From positions 10,131-74,130 of the forward strand of contig CAMPAR010000002.1 in the NCBI GenBank assembly GCA_946632055.1: a stretch of 64,000 bases of DNA, read 5' to 3'. Of the stretch, positions 44,078 to 53,494 are shown piece by piece (position 1 is the first letter of the stretch; every line of letters begins with the position of its first letter). The DNA is from an uncultured Lachnospiraceae bacterium (lineage in GTDB: Bacteria; Bacillota; Clostridia; Lachnospirales; Lachnospiraceae). Both the position numbers and the translations under genes were made by a program. Below the pieces are notes generated by a model that saw only the letters and a list, made by a program, of their open reading frames with translations, was not told the origin of the DNA and made no database searches.

Positions 44078-46945
44078 ATGAAGCGGAAATCGGATTTTCT
44101 TGAGAATATTGCGATGGAGTCGCGCCCAGGCGTACGCTACTGGGTGCCAGCTGCAGCCATGGATGAAGAGGATCTCAGAGAGGAGATCCGGCAGCTTTAC
44201 GCGCGCGGCTTCGGAAGGATCGAACTTGTCGTATTATCCGGAAGAAATTCAGAACTGGATCACAGCGAAGACGGCTGGGGCACAGAAAACTGGGACAGAA
44301 TGGTTCGTATCGCGGCAGACGAAACCGAGAAGCTCGGTATGAAGCTCGACATCGCAAACGGTCCCGGCTGGCCGATCAGTTCACCCGCGATCAAAGACGC
44401 GGATGATCCCGCGGCGCTTCGCGAGCTGACCTATGGCGAATTCACGTTGTCTGCCGGTACGCATTATGAAGGCCCTCTTCCCGAAAGAAAGACGGTCCGC
44501 CCGGAAGGAACGCCGAAGCTTGTAGCAGTGATGGCTTATCCGGAGATCGGAGAGAAGCTTCTGGATCAGACAGGCTATATCGACCTCATGTCCTTTGTTT
44601 CAGAAGATGGAAAGACGATGAAGTTTGATCTACCTGCTGTAGAAGAGGCTTCAGAGAAAAGTTGCGATATTTACAAGATCTTTGCCTTCTATGAACAGCC
44701 GGCGGTTCAGAAGATCAATTCCGGGATGAATTATGTCATTGATCACCTTGGAAAAGCAGGCGTAGAGGCCTGCAAGGCTTACTGGGACCCGATTTTTGAA
44801 AAGTATGACTATCCGTCAATGGAGTCTTTTTTCTGCGATTCCCTGGAGTATGTCGTGACCCTCGAGTGGACGCCGGGCTTTGAAACCTTCTTCGAAGAAA
44901 AATACGGCTATGATCTCCGGCCTTTCCTGCCGGTCGTCGGGGAGCATCCGTCCATCCTTGCAGTGCCGGAGGTGGCAGGCTACAGCTTTGAAGACCCTAA
45001 GATCGGTGAGATGGTGAACCGGGAATTCATGGAAGCCCTGACGTACTGCTACTGCGAGAACCACCTTCGCGGCCTTGAAGAGATGGCGAACGCCTACGGC
45101 AAGACGATCCGTTACCAGGTGGCATATAATAAACCTTTTGAAGAGGAAATCAGCGCGTTGTATCCGGGGATTCCGGAGAATGAAGCGCTCGGCCGTCCGA
45201 CCTTTGACGGCATGAAGGATATGGCCGCGGCGGCGCATCTCGGAAGGAAAAAGCGTTACAGCTTCGAATGTGCGGCGGAATTCGGTTTCGGCTACAACCA
45301 GACCTATGAGGATCTCCTGTGGTGGATCAAACGCGCCCAGATGGCGGGCATGAACGCACAGGTTATGCATGGCGCATCCTATTCCGGCGCATATTACGGA
45401 AGCCTTTCGGAGAACGGCCGCGTCCCCGGCGCCGAATGGCCGGGTTATGAGGGCTTCGGCAAATTTGTCTCCAACAACTGGAACCGGACGCTTTCCATAG
45501 AGGACGCGCGAAAGGTCCTTGACCGGATCGCGCGGACAAACAGGATCTTCCTCGGTACGAAAAAAGTGGACGCTGTAATCTTGAGAAGCGACTACACAAA
45601 TACCGGAAACGGCGGGGAAGGCTGCTTCTACAATGACGGCGGAAAGCTGCAGAACGCAGGATTTTCCTACGAATTTGTATGCGAAAGCCTGCTGAAGCTT
45701 CCTGTGTGCCGGGTGAAGGACGGCGTACTGGATCCGGAAGGCCCCGCATACCGGGCCCTGATCGTGATGCCCGGGGTCGAGCTTTCCCTGGAAGGCATCC
45801 GCACACTTCGAAGACTGCAGCGCGAAGGACTGCCGGTCGTGCTGTGCGAAGAGCGTTACCCCTGCCGTTTCTACAGCGATTATGCGGATGAAAAGCGGCG
45901 GGAGGAATGGGAAGAAGAGTTCGCTGCGCTTCTTTCTTCGGCAAAAGAAGCCGGGCTCGTATCTATGATTGAAGACGTTCCGGAGACGCTCCTGTCCAGG
46001 GGCATCGGACCGCGCATCCGCACCCAGTGCAGCCACGACCTGATTACTGCCGTTCATGAGACGGAAGACTGTAATTTCTACATCGTGTATGCAAATAACA
46101 GGGTTGAATTTGACTGGAAGGACCTTTCTTTTGGAACGACCCACGTCAGCGGCGGCTTCCGGCCGGGAACAACGAAAAACACCTATGAGCGTCCGGGCGA
46201 CGCGAGCCGCAGCTATGCAGAGCTTTCCATCGAAAGCCGCGGGCCGCTGTCCGTTTATGATCCGTGGAACAATAGCTTCAGTCCTTCGGGCCTTTCGGCG
46301 GACGGGACGAGGGTAAAGGGCGGACTGTGGATCGAAGAGGATGAGATGCTGATCCTGGCGGAAGATAAGACCGGCCGTCAGGAACCGGCCGGCCGGAAAG
46401 CCTTCGCGGCGGTTTCGCCGGCTTCGGAATTGAATCGGATTCCGATCCGCTTCGAGCGGCTGCAGGTGAACGCGTTCGAACCCGAAAAGCCCGAGGAATA
46501 CTCTTTCCTCCGCAGCAGGTTCTCTGCGGAAAGCCGCACCTATATCATCGAGAAGGCGGAGGATTTCGCGGAAATCGATCCGGAACTGGAGCACTTTGCG
46601 GGAAAAGGCACGTATTCCGGCAGCTTTACGGTTGAAAAGAAGGACGGAATCCGCTACATGCTGAAGCTCGGAAAAGCAGCCGACACCCTTCTTGCTGCCG
46701 TAAACGGACAGGAGGTCGAGGGCCTGGACCAGGTCTTCAGACGGGCTGATATCACGGACCTTATTGCGGACGGCCGGAACTTGATCAGCGTCCGGGTGAT
46801 GACGAATCTTCACGCGCGGCTGACGAAATCCTTTGATCCGAAAGACTATGAACACACACCTTTCTGTCCGCCGTCGATGGAACACCGCTCGGGGCTTTTT
46901 GAGGAACCGGGCTTCCCGATCGGCGTGGAAGAATATTCTGAATAA
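44078..46945 (+). CDS. large cytoplasmic glycoside-hydrolase-like protein (possibly GH106 / rhamnosidase-like jelly-roll family)
   Basis: 955 aa. The N-terminal RPGVRYWVPAAAMDEEDL..GFGRIELV resembles the conserved start of that family from memory. Function not verifiable here. Confidence 0.45.
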   Translation: MKRKSDFLENIAMESRPGVRYWVPAAAMDEEDLREEIRQLYARGFGRIELVVLSGRNSELDHSEDGWGTENWDRMVRIAADETEKLGMKLDIANGPGWPISSPAIKDADDPAALRELTYGEFTLSAGTHYEGPLPERKTVRPEGTPKLVAVMAYPEIGEKLLDQTGYIDLMSFVSEDGKTMKFDLPAVEEASEKSCDIYKIFAFYEQPAVQKINSGMNYVIDHLGKAGVEACKAYWDPIFEKYDYPSMESFFCDSLEYVVTLEWTPGFETFFEEKYGYDLRPFLPVVGEHPSILAVPEVAGYSFEDPKIGEMVNREFMEALTYCYCENHLRGLEEMANAYGKTIRYQVAYNKPFEEEISALYPGIPENEALGRPTFDGMKDMAAAAHLGRKKRYSFECAAEFGFGYNQTYEDLLWWIKRAQMAGMNAQVMHGASYSGAYYGSLSENGRVPGAEWPGYEGFGKFVSNNWNRTLSIEDARKVLDRIARTNRIFLGTKKVDAVILRSDYTNTGNGGEGCFYNDGGKLQNAGFSYEFVCESLLKLPVCRVKDGVLDPEGPAYRALIVMPGVELSLEGIRTLRRLQREGLPVVLCEERYPCRFYSDYADEKRREEWEEEFAALLSSAKEAGLVSMIEDVPETLLSRGIGPRIRTQCSHDLITAVHETEDCNFYIVYANNRVEFDWKDLSFGTTHVSGGFRPGTTKNTYERPGDASRSYAELSIESRGPLSVYDPWNNSFSPSGLSADGTRVKGGLWIEEDEMLILAEDKTGRQEPAGRKAFAAVSPASELNRIPIRFERLQVNAFEPEKPEEYSFLRSRFSAESRTYIIEKAEDFAEIDPELEHFAGKGTYSGSFTVEKKDGIRYMLKLGKAADTLLAAVNGQEVEGLDQVFRRADITDLIADGRNLISVRVMTNLHARLTKSFDPKDYEHTPFCPPSMEHRSGLFEEPGFPIGVEEYSE

Positions 46946-46986
46946 GGCTCTAAACAGAAAAAGAAACATTCTGATATGGAAAATCC

Positions 46987-47020
46987 GATCCGCCGGGGAA
47001 AAACCTCCGGCGGATTTTTA
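46987..47020 (+). terminator. rho-independent terminator
   Basis: ATCCGCCGG / CCGGCGGAT stem followed by TTTTT. Confidence 0.7.
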
Positions 47021-47157
47021 ACAGGACTAAAGTTTTGCCTGTTTACGACCCGCTTCTTGCAGAAATGTACCGCCTGTGGTATAGTCTGAAGCAGATTGTT
47101 CACGAAGAAGCACGGATTCATTCGGCGTTTTTGCTGACTTCAGAAAGGATTTATGCC

Positions 47158-47940
47158 ATGAAAACAGATCTGTTACAGGGGCTTCTGATCCCCTTCCTCG
47201 GCACGGCGCTCGGTTCGGCCTGCGTCTTCTTTATGAAAAAGGAGCTTTCGAGGTCCGTACAGCGCGCTTTGCAGGGCTTTGCGGGCGGCGTGATGGTGGC
47301 GGCTTCGATCTGGTCGCTTCTAGTTCCGGCGATGGAAGAGTCGGAGAGTATGGGAAAGTTTGCCTTTGTGCCCGCAGTTGCCGGCTTCTGGCTCGGAATC
47401 CTGTTTCTTCTGCTTCTGGACCATGTGATTCCACATCTGCATATGTACGCGGAAAAGGCGGAGGGCCCGAAGACAAAGGCCGCCAAGACCACTATGATGG
47501 TGCTCGCCGTGACACTTCACAACATTCCGGAAGGGATGGCGGTCGGCGTCGTATTCGCGGGACTTCTTTCCGGCGCGGCTGAAATTACGGCGGGCGGCGC
47601 ACTCGCGCTGGCGATCGGCATCGCGATCCAGAACTTCCCGGAGGGCGCGATCATCTCCATGCCCCTGCACGCGGAAGGAAAGAGCAAGTGGAAAGCCTTC
47701 CGGGATGGGGCGCTTTCCGGTGCGGTGGAGCCCATTGGGACGCTTCTTACGATCCTCGCGGCCGGTTTATTTGTGCCTGCGATGCCCTACCTTCTGTCCT
47801 TTGCCGCCGGCGCGATGATCTATGTCGTCGTGGAGGAGCTGATCCCGGAAATGTCGGAGGGAGAGCACTCCAATATCGGCGTCGTGATGTTTGCGGTCGG
47901 GTTTACGGTGATGATGGCGCTTGACGTGGCGCTCGGCTGA
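47158..47940 (+). CDS. ZIP family divalent-metal (zinc) transporter
   Basis: 260 aa. HNIPEGMAVG and QNFPEGA motifs. Promoter TTGCAG-17-TATAGT about 90 nt upstream. Confidence 0.85.
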   Translation: MKTDLLQGLLIPFLGTALGSACVFFMKKELSRSVQRALQGFAGGVMVAASIWSLLVPAMEESESMGKFAFVPAVAGFWLGILFLLLLDHVIPHLHMYAEKAEGPKTKAAKTTMMVLAVTLHNIPEGMAVGVVFAGLLSGAAEITAGGALALAIGIAIQNFPEGAIISMPLHAEGKSKWKAFRDGALSGAVEPIGTLLTILAAGLFVPAMPYLLSFAAGAMIYVVVEELIPEMSEGEHSNIGVVMFAVGFTVMMALDVALG

Positions 47941-48088
47941 TCACGGCATAGGGATCCTCAGGAAATCCTCCCGGAATGGACGCTGAATGCTTGCTCAACC
48001 GATGGTAGAGCGGCCAAAATCAACCGGTGGTTCGTGTTATTCCATGGCGATTCCGGCTATACTTTGCCTCTGAAAGGAGGGGCCCGAG

Positions 48089-48730
48089 ATGGACCAGACA
48101 AAAATCGGAAAATTCATTGCAGCCTGCAGGAAGGAACAGGGCATGACCCAGGCGGCCCTTGCGGAGAAGCTCGGAATCAGTGACCGGGCGATATCCAAAT
48201 GGGAGACCGGGAAGTCGATGCCGGATTCCGGGATCATGCTGGAACTGTGCGATCTTCTGAAAATCAATGTCAACGAGCTCCTGTCGGGCGAACGAATCGC
48301 GATGGAAAACTATGACACAAAATCAGAAGAACTCATTCTGAACCTGAAAACCGAGAATGAACAGTACGGAAAAAGGCTCATGCGCGCGGAGGTGTACATT
48401 GTGGGGATCGGCGTCCTTGCAAGCCTTGTGATGTTCATCATCGGAATGATGATGGTCCAGAAAAACGGCAGCGGCGACCCGATCGCAGCGGTGCTTATTA
48501 TTTTCGGATGCATCATTGTGGTGGCAGCGGCCTTTACAAGCCTCGGCATCGAGGTAAAGACAGGCTATTACGAGTGCGCCGAATGCGGGCATATCTACAA
48601 GCCCACCTCTTTCCTGAAAACAAGCTTTGCGATGCATATGAATACCACGCGCTACATGAAGTGCCCGAAATGCGGAAAGCGAAGCTGGCAGAAGAAAATC
48701 CTCAGCAGGAAAGACGCGGAGGTGAAGTGA
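48089..48730 (+). CDS. membrane-tethered XRE-family transcriptional regulator with C-terminal zinc ribbon
   Basis: HTH (GMTQAALAEKLGISDRAISKWETG), two TM helices, CAECG..CPKCG. Confidence 0.8.
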   Translation: MDQTKIGKFIAACRKEQGMTQAALAEKLGISDRAISKWETGKSMPDSGIMLELCDLLKINVNELLSGERIAMENYDTKSEELILNLKTENEQYGKRLMRAEVYIVGIGVLASLVMFIIGMMMVQKNGSGDPIAAVLIIFGCIIVVAAAFTSLGIEVKTGYYECAECGHIYKPTSFLKTSFAMHMNTTRYMKCPKCGKRSWQKKILSRKDAEVK

Positions 48731-48731
48731 T

Positions 48732-49571
48732 ATGACAGAGAATGCTCACGTAGGAACTGTGTCCTTCGTCTGGCTCGCGGTCGGCGCAGTGGTCTTTATC
48801 GCGGCGCCGGTGCTCCTCGCCCTCGTCTGGAAGATCAGGAAGAAGGAGCCTTTGACGACGGTTCTTGTCGGTGCGGCGGCTTTTCTGATTTTCGTGATGA
48901 TCCTTGAAAAACCGATCCAGAATGTGCTGGCCTTTCCGACGGCCATGGGCCTTCCGGATCATGCGATCAGTCGCTTTTTTAGTGCAAAACCGGTGCTTCT
49001 TGCGTTTCTGGCCGGACTTTTTCCGGGGGTATTTGAAGAAACCGGGCGGCTCGTTGCCTTCAGGACGATTCTTCGGAAACGCAGAAACCGGGAGACTTCG
49101 ATCTCCTATGGGATCGGGCACGGCGGCGTTGAAGTGATCCTGATCCTGGGGATTACCTATATCCAGTATATTATTTACGCCGTCATGATCAATAGCGGCA
49201 GCTTTTCTTCGGTCGTCGACCAGGTCGCGGTGCAGGCGCCGGAGCAGCTTCCGAGTGTCGAGGCGATGGTGAACCAGCTGAGCGGGTTTTCCTTTGCGGA
49301 TCTCGGGATTGCCTTCGCTGAACGGATCTTTGCGGTGCTGTTCCATACCGGCGCCTCGATTCTGGTGTTTTATGCCGCGCGGGATCGGAAGCGTTTCTGG
49401 CTGTATCCGCTTGCGATCCTCCTTCATACCGCGATGGATTTTGCGGCGGGACTGTGTGTTTTCGGCGTCATTGATCTTCCGATGTGGGCCCTGGAAGGCA
49501 TCGTTTTGGTGATGGGTTTATCCGTATTCTTTGGCGCGTATTTCCTGCTTTATCGGAAGGACAGAGCGTAG
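48732..49571 (+). CDS. YhfC-family intramembrane metalloprotease (paralog 1)
   Basis: 279 aa, polytopic. FEETGR and GIGHGGVE motifs. Starts 1 nt after the XRE stop. Confidence 0.75.
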   Translation: MTENAHVGTVSFVWLAVGAVVFIAAPVLLALVWKIRKKEPLTTVLVGAAAFLIFVMILEKPIQNVLAFPTAMGLPDHAISRFFSAKPVLLAFLAGLFPGVFEETGRLVAFRTILRKRRNRETSISYGIGHGGVEVILILGITYIQYIIYAVMINSGSFSSVVDQVAVQAPEQLPSVEAMVNQLSGFSFADLGIAFAERIFAVLFHTGASILVFYAARDRKRFWLYPLAILLHTAMDFAAGLCVFGVIDLPMWALEGIVLVMGLSVFFGAYFLLYRKDRA

Positions 49572-49595
49572 CGCCGCCGGAAAGCCCGTTTCAGC

Positions 49596-49624
49596 TTGAC
49601 ACCGGGCCCCGGCTATGTTATATA
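49596..49624 (+). promoter_or_regulatory. sigma-A promoter of the ABC-F leader
   Basis: TTGACA (49596-49601), 17 nt, TATATA (49619-49624). Confidence 0.6.
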
Positions 49625-49902
49625 TAGCTTAGATCCTCTTGAAAGGCACATGATCTTCATGTGACGGTGAACCGATGATTAACAGATAATTGATTTCAGA
49701 AGATGTGAACTTGTGTTATTTGACGGGCTTGGTATGCGCGTCATTGGTTTGCATGGACTGAATGAAGTTGTCTGTTTTTTCGGGCGGATCTAAGGAGAAG
49801 ACGGCATCTGGCCGATCTCCGACCATTCTATGCAGCCATTATGACCACCCCGCTCTGACAGACTGTTCTTTTACGTCTATGCGTGTCAGAGGGGGTGTTT
49901 TT
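49625..49902 (+). promoter_or_regulatory. ~280-nt 5' leader of the ABC-F gene with short uORFs and a hairpin plus U-run next to the RBS (candidate attenuator)
   Basis: uORFs MIFM* (49650-49664) and MINR* (49675-49689). Stem CTCTGACA (49853-60) / TGTCAGAG (49884-91) followed by GGGGTGTTTTTTT, which contains the SD. Confidence 0.35.
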
Positions 49903-51462
49903 TTGCTGCAAATCCAATCACTCACAATCACACACAGAAAGGATCTGAGAACGATCCTGAACAACTTTGACCTTGTCCTGAACCGCGGCGACAAGGCGGT
50001 TCTCGTCGGCGAAGAGGGAAACGGAAAGTCCACGCTTCTCAAGTGGATTTATGATCCCCGGCTGGTGGAAGACTATGCGGACGCGGAAGGAATCCGGACG
50101 ACGCAGGGCGAGCTTCTTTCTTATCTTCCGCAGGAGCTTCGGGAAGAGGATCAGGAGAAAACGGTTTATGGATACTTTTCGGAGCTTCCGGCCTTTCAGG
50201 AAGCGAATCCTTCAGAACTTCGGAAAACCGCGGCGGAGCTGGGACTTCCGGAAGAACTTTTCTATTCCGATCAGAAGATGTGGTCCTTGTCCGGCGGAGA
50301 GCGGGTCAAGGTGCAGATGGCGGGGCTGCTGCTTGGCCGCCCGGATATCCTGCTTCTCGATGAGCCGTCCAACGATATTGATCTAACGACCCTCCGTTCT
50401 CTGGAGGATCTGATCAACCGCTTTCCCGGCGCGGTTCTCTATATTTCCCACGACGAGACCCTGATCGAACGGACGGCAAACCGGGTGATTCTTCTCGAAC
50501 AGCTGCGGCGGAAAACCGTTTCCAGAGTGACGGTTGCGAATGTCCCGTTTCGGAGCTTTATGGAGGAGCGGGCGCGGGCCTTCGATAAGCAGAAGCAGGA
50601 GGCGTACAGCGAGCGGAGGGAAGAGAAGAAAGCCTTGGAGCGCTTCCGACGCATTGAGCAGAAGGTGGAGTCGGATCTTCGGAATATCTCCCGGCAGGAT
50701 CCTGCGGGCGGCCGCCTGCTGAAGAAAAAGATGAAGGCCGTGAAATCCCTCGAAAAACGTTACGACAGGGAGCACGAGGAGATGACCGAGGTTCCGGAGG
50801 AGGAGTCGCCGATCACGATACGCTTTGAACAGCAGAGAGAAATGCCTGCGGGGAAGACGGTGATCGAATACAGCCTCCCCGAACTGAAGGCGCCGGACGG
50901 CAGGCTTCTCGCGGAAAACATTGGGCTCAGTGTGCGGGGGCCGGAGAAAATCTGCATCATCGGAGACAACGGTTCGGGAAAGACGACGCTGATCCGGAAG
51001 ATTGCGGAGGAACTGCTTTCCCGGCCGGATCTTTCGGCCTGCTATATGTCTCAGAATTACGAGGAAACGCTGCCCTATGACGAGACGCCGGTGGAGTATC
51101 TGGCGCCGTCGGGAAAGAAGGACGATGTGACAGCGGTGCGGACCTATCTCGGTTCGATGAAATATACCAAAGATGAGATGTTCCATCCGATCCGGGAGTT
51201 TTCCGGAGGACAGAAAGCGAAGCTTCTGCTCCTGAAAATCAGCCTGACAGCGGCGGACGTCCTCGTGCTCGATGAGCCCACGAGAAACTTTTCGCCGCTT
51301 TCCGGGCCGGAAGTGCGCGGAATTCTGCAGAAGTTCCCGGGCGCGATCATCAGCGTCTCCCATGACCGGAAGTTTATTACTGAGGTCTGCGACAGGGTTT
51401 ACAGACTGAGTTCGAACGGACTGAAAGAGATCGAGTTTGAAAGCGATGAAAGGATATCATAA
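49903..51462 (+). CDS. ABC-F family ATPase (two NBDs, no TM domain)
   Basis: Walker A GEEGNGKST and GDNGSGKTT. Signatures LSGGE and FSGGQ. Charged inter-NBD linker. Start uncertain: TTG 49903 behind GGGGG, alternative ATG 49879. Confidence 0.85.
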   Translation: MLQIQSLTITHRKDLRTILNNFDLVLNRGDKAVLVGEEGNGKSTLLKWIYDPRLVEDYADAEGIRTTQGELLSYLPQELREEDQEKTVYGYFSELPAFQEANPSELRKTAAELGLPEELFYSDQKMWSLSGGERVKVQMAGLLLGRPDILLLDEPSNDIDLTTLRSLEDLINRFPGAVLYISHDETLIERTANRVILLEQLRRKTVSRVTVANVPFRSFMEERARAFDKQKQEAYSERREEKKALERFRRIEQKVESDLRNISRQDPAGGRLLKKKMKAVKSLEKRYDREHEEMTEVPEEESPITIRFEQQREMPAGKTVIEYSLPELKAPDGRLLAENIGLSVRGPEKICIIGDNGSGKTTLIRKIAEELLSRPDLSACYMSQNYEETLPYDETPVEYLAPSGKKDDVTAVRTYLGSMKYTKDEMFHPIREFSGGQKAKLLLLKISLTAADVLVLDEPTRNFSPLSGPEVRGILQKFPGAIISVSHDRKFITEVCDRVYRLSSNGLKEIEFESDERIS

Positions 51463-51914
51463 TGAGGGAGTATCAATATATTACATTAAAGGAACGGCCG
51501 GAACTTGCCGAAACCGCCGCGGCGTGGTTCCATCAGAAATGGGGCGTCCCGGAGGAAGCGTATCTTGACTGTATCCGGGCGTATCTCTCGGGAGAGACAG
51601 AATACGGCTGGTATCTGTGTCTTCGCGGGGATCGGATCATCGGCGGCATGGGGGTCATCGAAAATGATTTTCATGACCGGAAGGATCTCGCGCCGAATGT
51701 CTGCGCGGTTTATACGGAGGAAGCTTACCGGGGACAGGGAATCGCGGGACGGCTCCTCGACCTGACCGTAGAAGATATGCGGAAGAAGGGCGTCACACCG
51801 CTGTACCTCGTGACGGATCATGTCGGTTTCTATGAGCGTTACGGCTGGGAATTCTTATGCATGGCACAGGGAGATGACGAGCCGGAAATGACCAGGGTGT
51901 ATATTCACAGGTGA
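51462..51914 (+). CDS. GNAT family N-acetyltransferase
   Basis: 150 aa. Acetyl-CoA motif A region YRGQGIAGRLL. The start overlaps the ABC-F stop (TAATG). Confidence 0.8.
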   Translation: MREYQYITLKERPELAETAAAWFHQKWGVPEEAYLDCIRAYLSGETEYGWYLCLRGDRIIGGMGVIENDFHDRKDLAPNVCAVYTEEAYRGQGIAGRLLDLTVEDMRKKGVTPLYLVTDHVGFYERYGWEFLCMAQGDDEPEMTRVYIHR

Positions 51915-51930
51915 TTGCTTCTGCTTGCCG

Positions 51931-51981
51931 CCGGGGACAGGTTCCGATTGACTAAATTAGTCAATCGGAACCTGTCCCCGG
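51931..51981. repeat. family-R REP palindrome (full hairpin copy)
   Basis: CCGGGGACAGGTTCCGATTGAC TAAATT AGTCAATCGGAACCTGTCCCCGG. Differs from the 20157 copy by compensated stem changes. Confidence 0.9.
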
Positions 51982-52144
51982 TGCTGCGAAGAGGCTCATA
52001 TTAGGATGACAGCGGCGGGAACTGCTCCCGTTGCCGTGTTCCAATTATCCTTACAGGAATACCACGATACTTATATTGCGGGATCCGAGACCGTATTTTA
52101 TAATTGTATTATCAAAACCAGTTGGATTGAAGGAGGAAAAAGCA

Positions 52145-53488
52145 ATGTTTCTGAAATTCCCTGAGAACTTTACCTGGGGTGTCGCGACGGCGGCGGCGCA
52201 GATCGAGGGCGGTGCGTACGAAGACGGCAGAGGCCTGTCGATCTGGGACGTATTTGCCGGAATCCCCGGCGCGATCAAGAACGGCGGACGGCCGGACAAG
52301 GCCTGTGATTCCTATCATCTCGTGGAGCGCGATGTGGAGATGCTGAAGGAGCTCGGTGTGAATTCCTACCGCTTTTCCTTCTCCTGGTCGCGGATTCTGC
52401 CGGACGGCACCGGAAAGGTCAATGAAGCCGGAATCGCCTACTACCGGAAGCTGATTGATCTTCTGAAAAAGAACGGCATCAGGCCGAACGCGACGATGTA
52501 CCACTGGGACCTGCCGTATCAGCTGCAGCTTCAAGGCGGTTTCGGAAACCGTGAGATCGTAAAATGGTTCACCGAATACGCGAAGGTGCTTCTTGACAAT
52601 TTCGGCGATGACGTGGACTTCTGGGTAACCTTCAACGAGCCGATCGCGACTTACGTCGGCTACGGCGCGGGCTTCTTCGCCCCCGGCCTTCACAATGAAA
52701 AATATGCCCGCCTGGCCCTGCATCACCTGCTTCTCTGCCACGGCGAGGCGGTGAAGCTTTTCAGGAGCTATAACTTCAAAACCGCGAAGATCGGCATTGT
52801 CGTCGACATCTGGCGCCATTATCCGGGACGTCCGGGCAATGCGGAGGACGAGGAAATGGCGCGCATAAGCAACGAAATCCGCGGCTACGGCATGTTCCTG
52901 CATCCTCTGTTCCTCGGCGGATACTCGAAGGACCTTCTCGCCTATTTTGAGGAGAATGATCTGATGCCGAAGACGGAAGAGGGCGATTTTGAAACGATCC
53001 GGCAGCCGCTTGATTTCTACGGCCTGAATTTCTACAACGGCCTCGTTGACAACGCCGAGAAGATGCGTGAGATGCAGAAGGCACGGAAGGAAGGCGGCAA
53101 CTATCAGGACCGCCCGGAGAGCCATCCGGAAGCGCTTCTTGACGTCCTGCACATGCTGGTCGACAAATACCATCTGAATATCCCGATCTATATCACGGAG
53201 AACGGTCTTCCCTATGACGACAACGAAGGGAAGGAAGCGAATCTTCAGGACGACCGCCGGATTGACTATGTGAAATCGGTGCTGCATTTTGCGCACAAGG
53301 CAGTTGAAGAAGGCATTGACCTCAGGGGCTATTATCTCTGGTCCCTGATGGACAATTTCGAATGGTCCGCCGGCTACTGCGCACGCTACGGCCTGTATTA
53401 TACCGAGTATGAGACCGAAGAGCGCATCCCGAAAAAGAGCGCGAAGTGGTACAGCGAAGTGACGCGCGCGAACGGATTTGAGGAGTGA
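52145..53488 (+). CDS. glycoside hydrolase family 1 beta-glucosidase
   Basis: 447 aa. FPENFTWGVATAAAQIEG, acid/base TFNEP, nucleophile YITENG. Confidence 0.9.
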   Translation: MFLKFPENFTWGVATAAAQIEGGAYEDGRGLSIWDVFAGIPGAIKNGGRPDKACDSYHLVERDVEMLKELGVNSYRFSFSWSRILPDGTGKVNEAGIAYYRKLIDLLKKNGIRPNATMYHWDLPYQLQLQGGFGNREIVKWFTEYAKVLLDNFGDDVDFWVTFNEPIATYVGYGAGFFAPGLHNEKYARLALHHLLLCHGEAVKLFRSYNFKTAKIGIVVDIWRHYPGRPGNAEDEEMARISNEIRGYGMFLHPLFLGGYSKDLLAYFEENDLMPKTEEGDFETIRQPLDFYGLNFYNGLVDNAEKMREMQKARKEGGNYQDRPESHPEALLDVLHMLVDKYHLNIPIYITENGLPYDDNEGKEANLQDDRRIDYVKSVLHFAHKAVEEGIDLRGYYLWSLMDNFEWSAGYCARYGLYYTEYETEERIPKKSAKWYSEVTRANGFEE

Positions 53489-53494
53489 GGAACG

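Noticed and set aside
47045-47157. Possible metal riboswitch in the ~90-nt leader of the ZIP transporter gene (stem TCTGAAG/CTTCAGA)
   Set aside because: Only one modest hairpin is present. There is no similarity that I can see to known NiCo, Mn (yybP) or other metal riboswitch cores. A Zur-type protein operator is equally likely and cannot be identified with confidence.
49592-49606. 15-nt identity GCTTGACACCGGGC(C/G) shared with 20236-20250, suggesting a duplicated promoter
   Set aside because: An exact 14-15-mer match is about what is expected by chance among all pairs in a 64-kb window. The similarity does not extend further.
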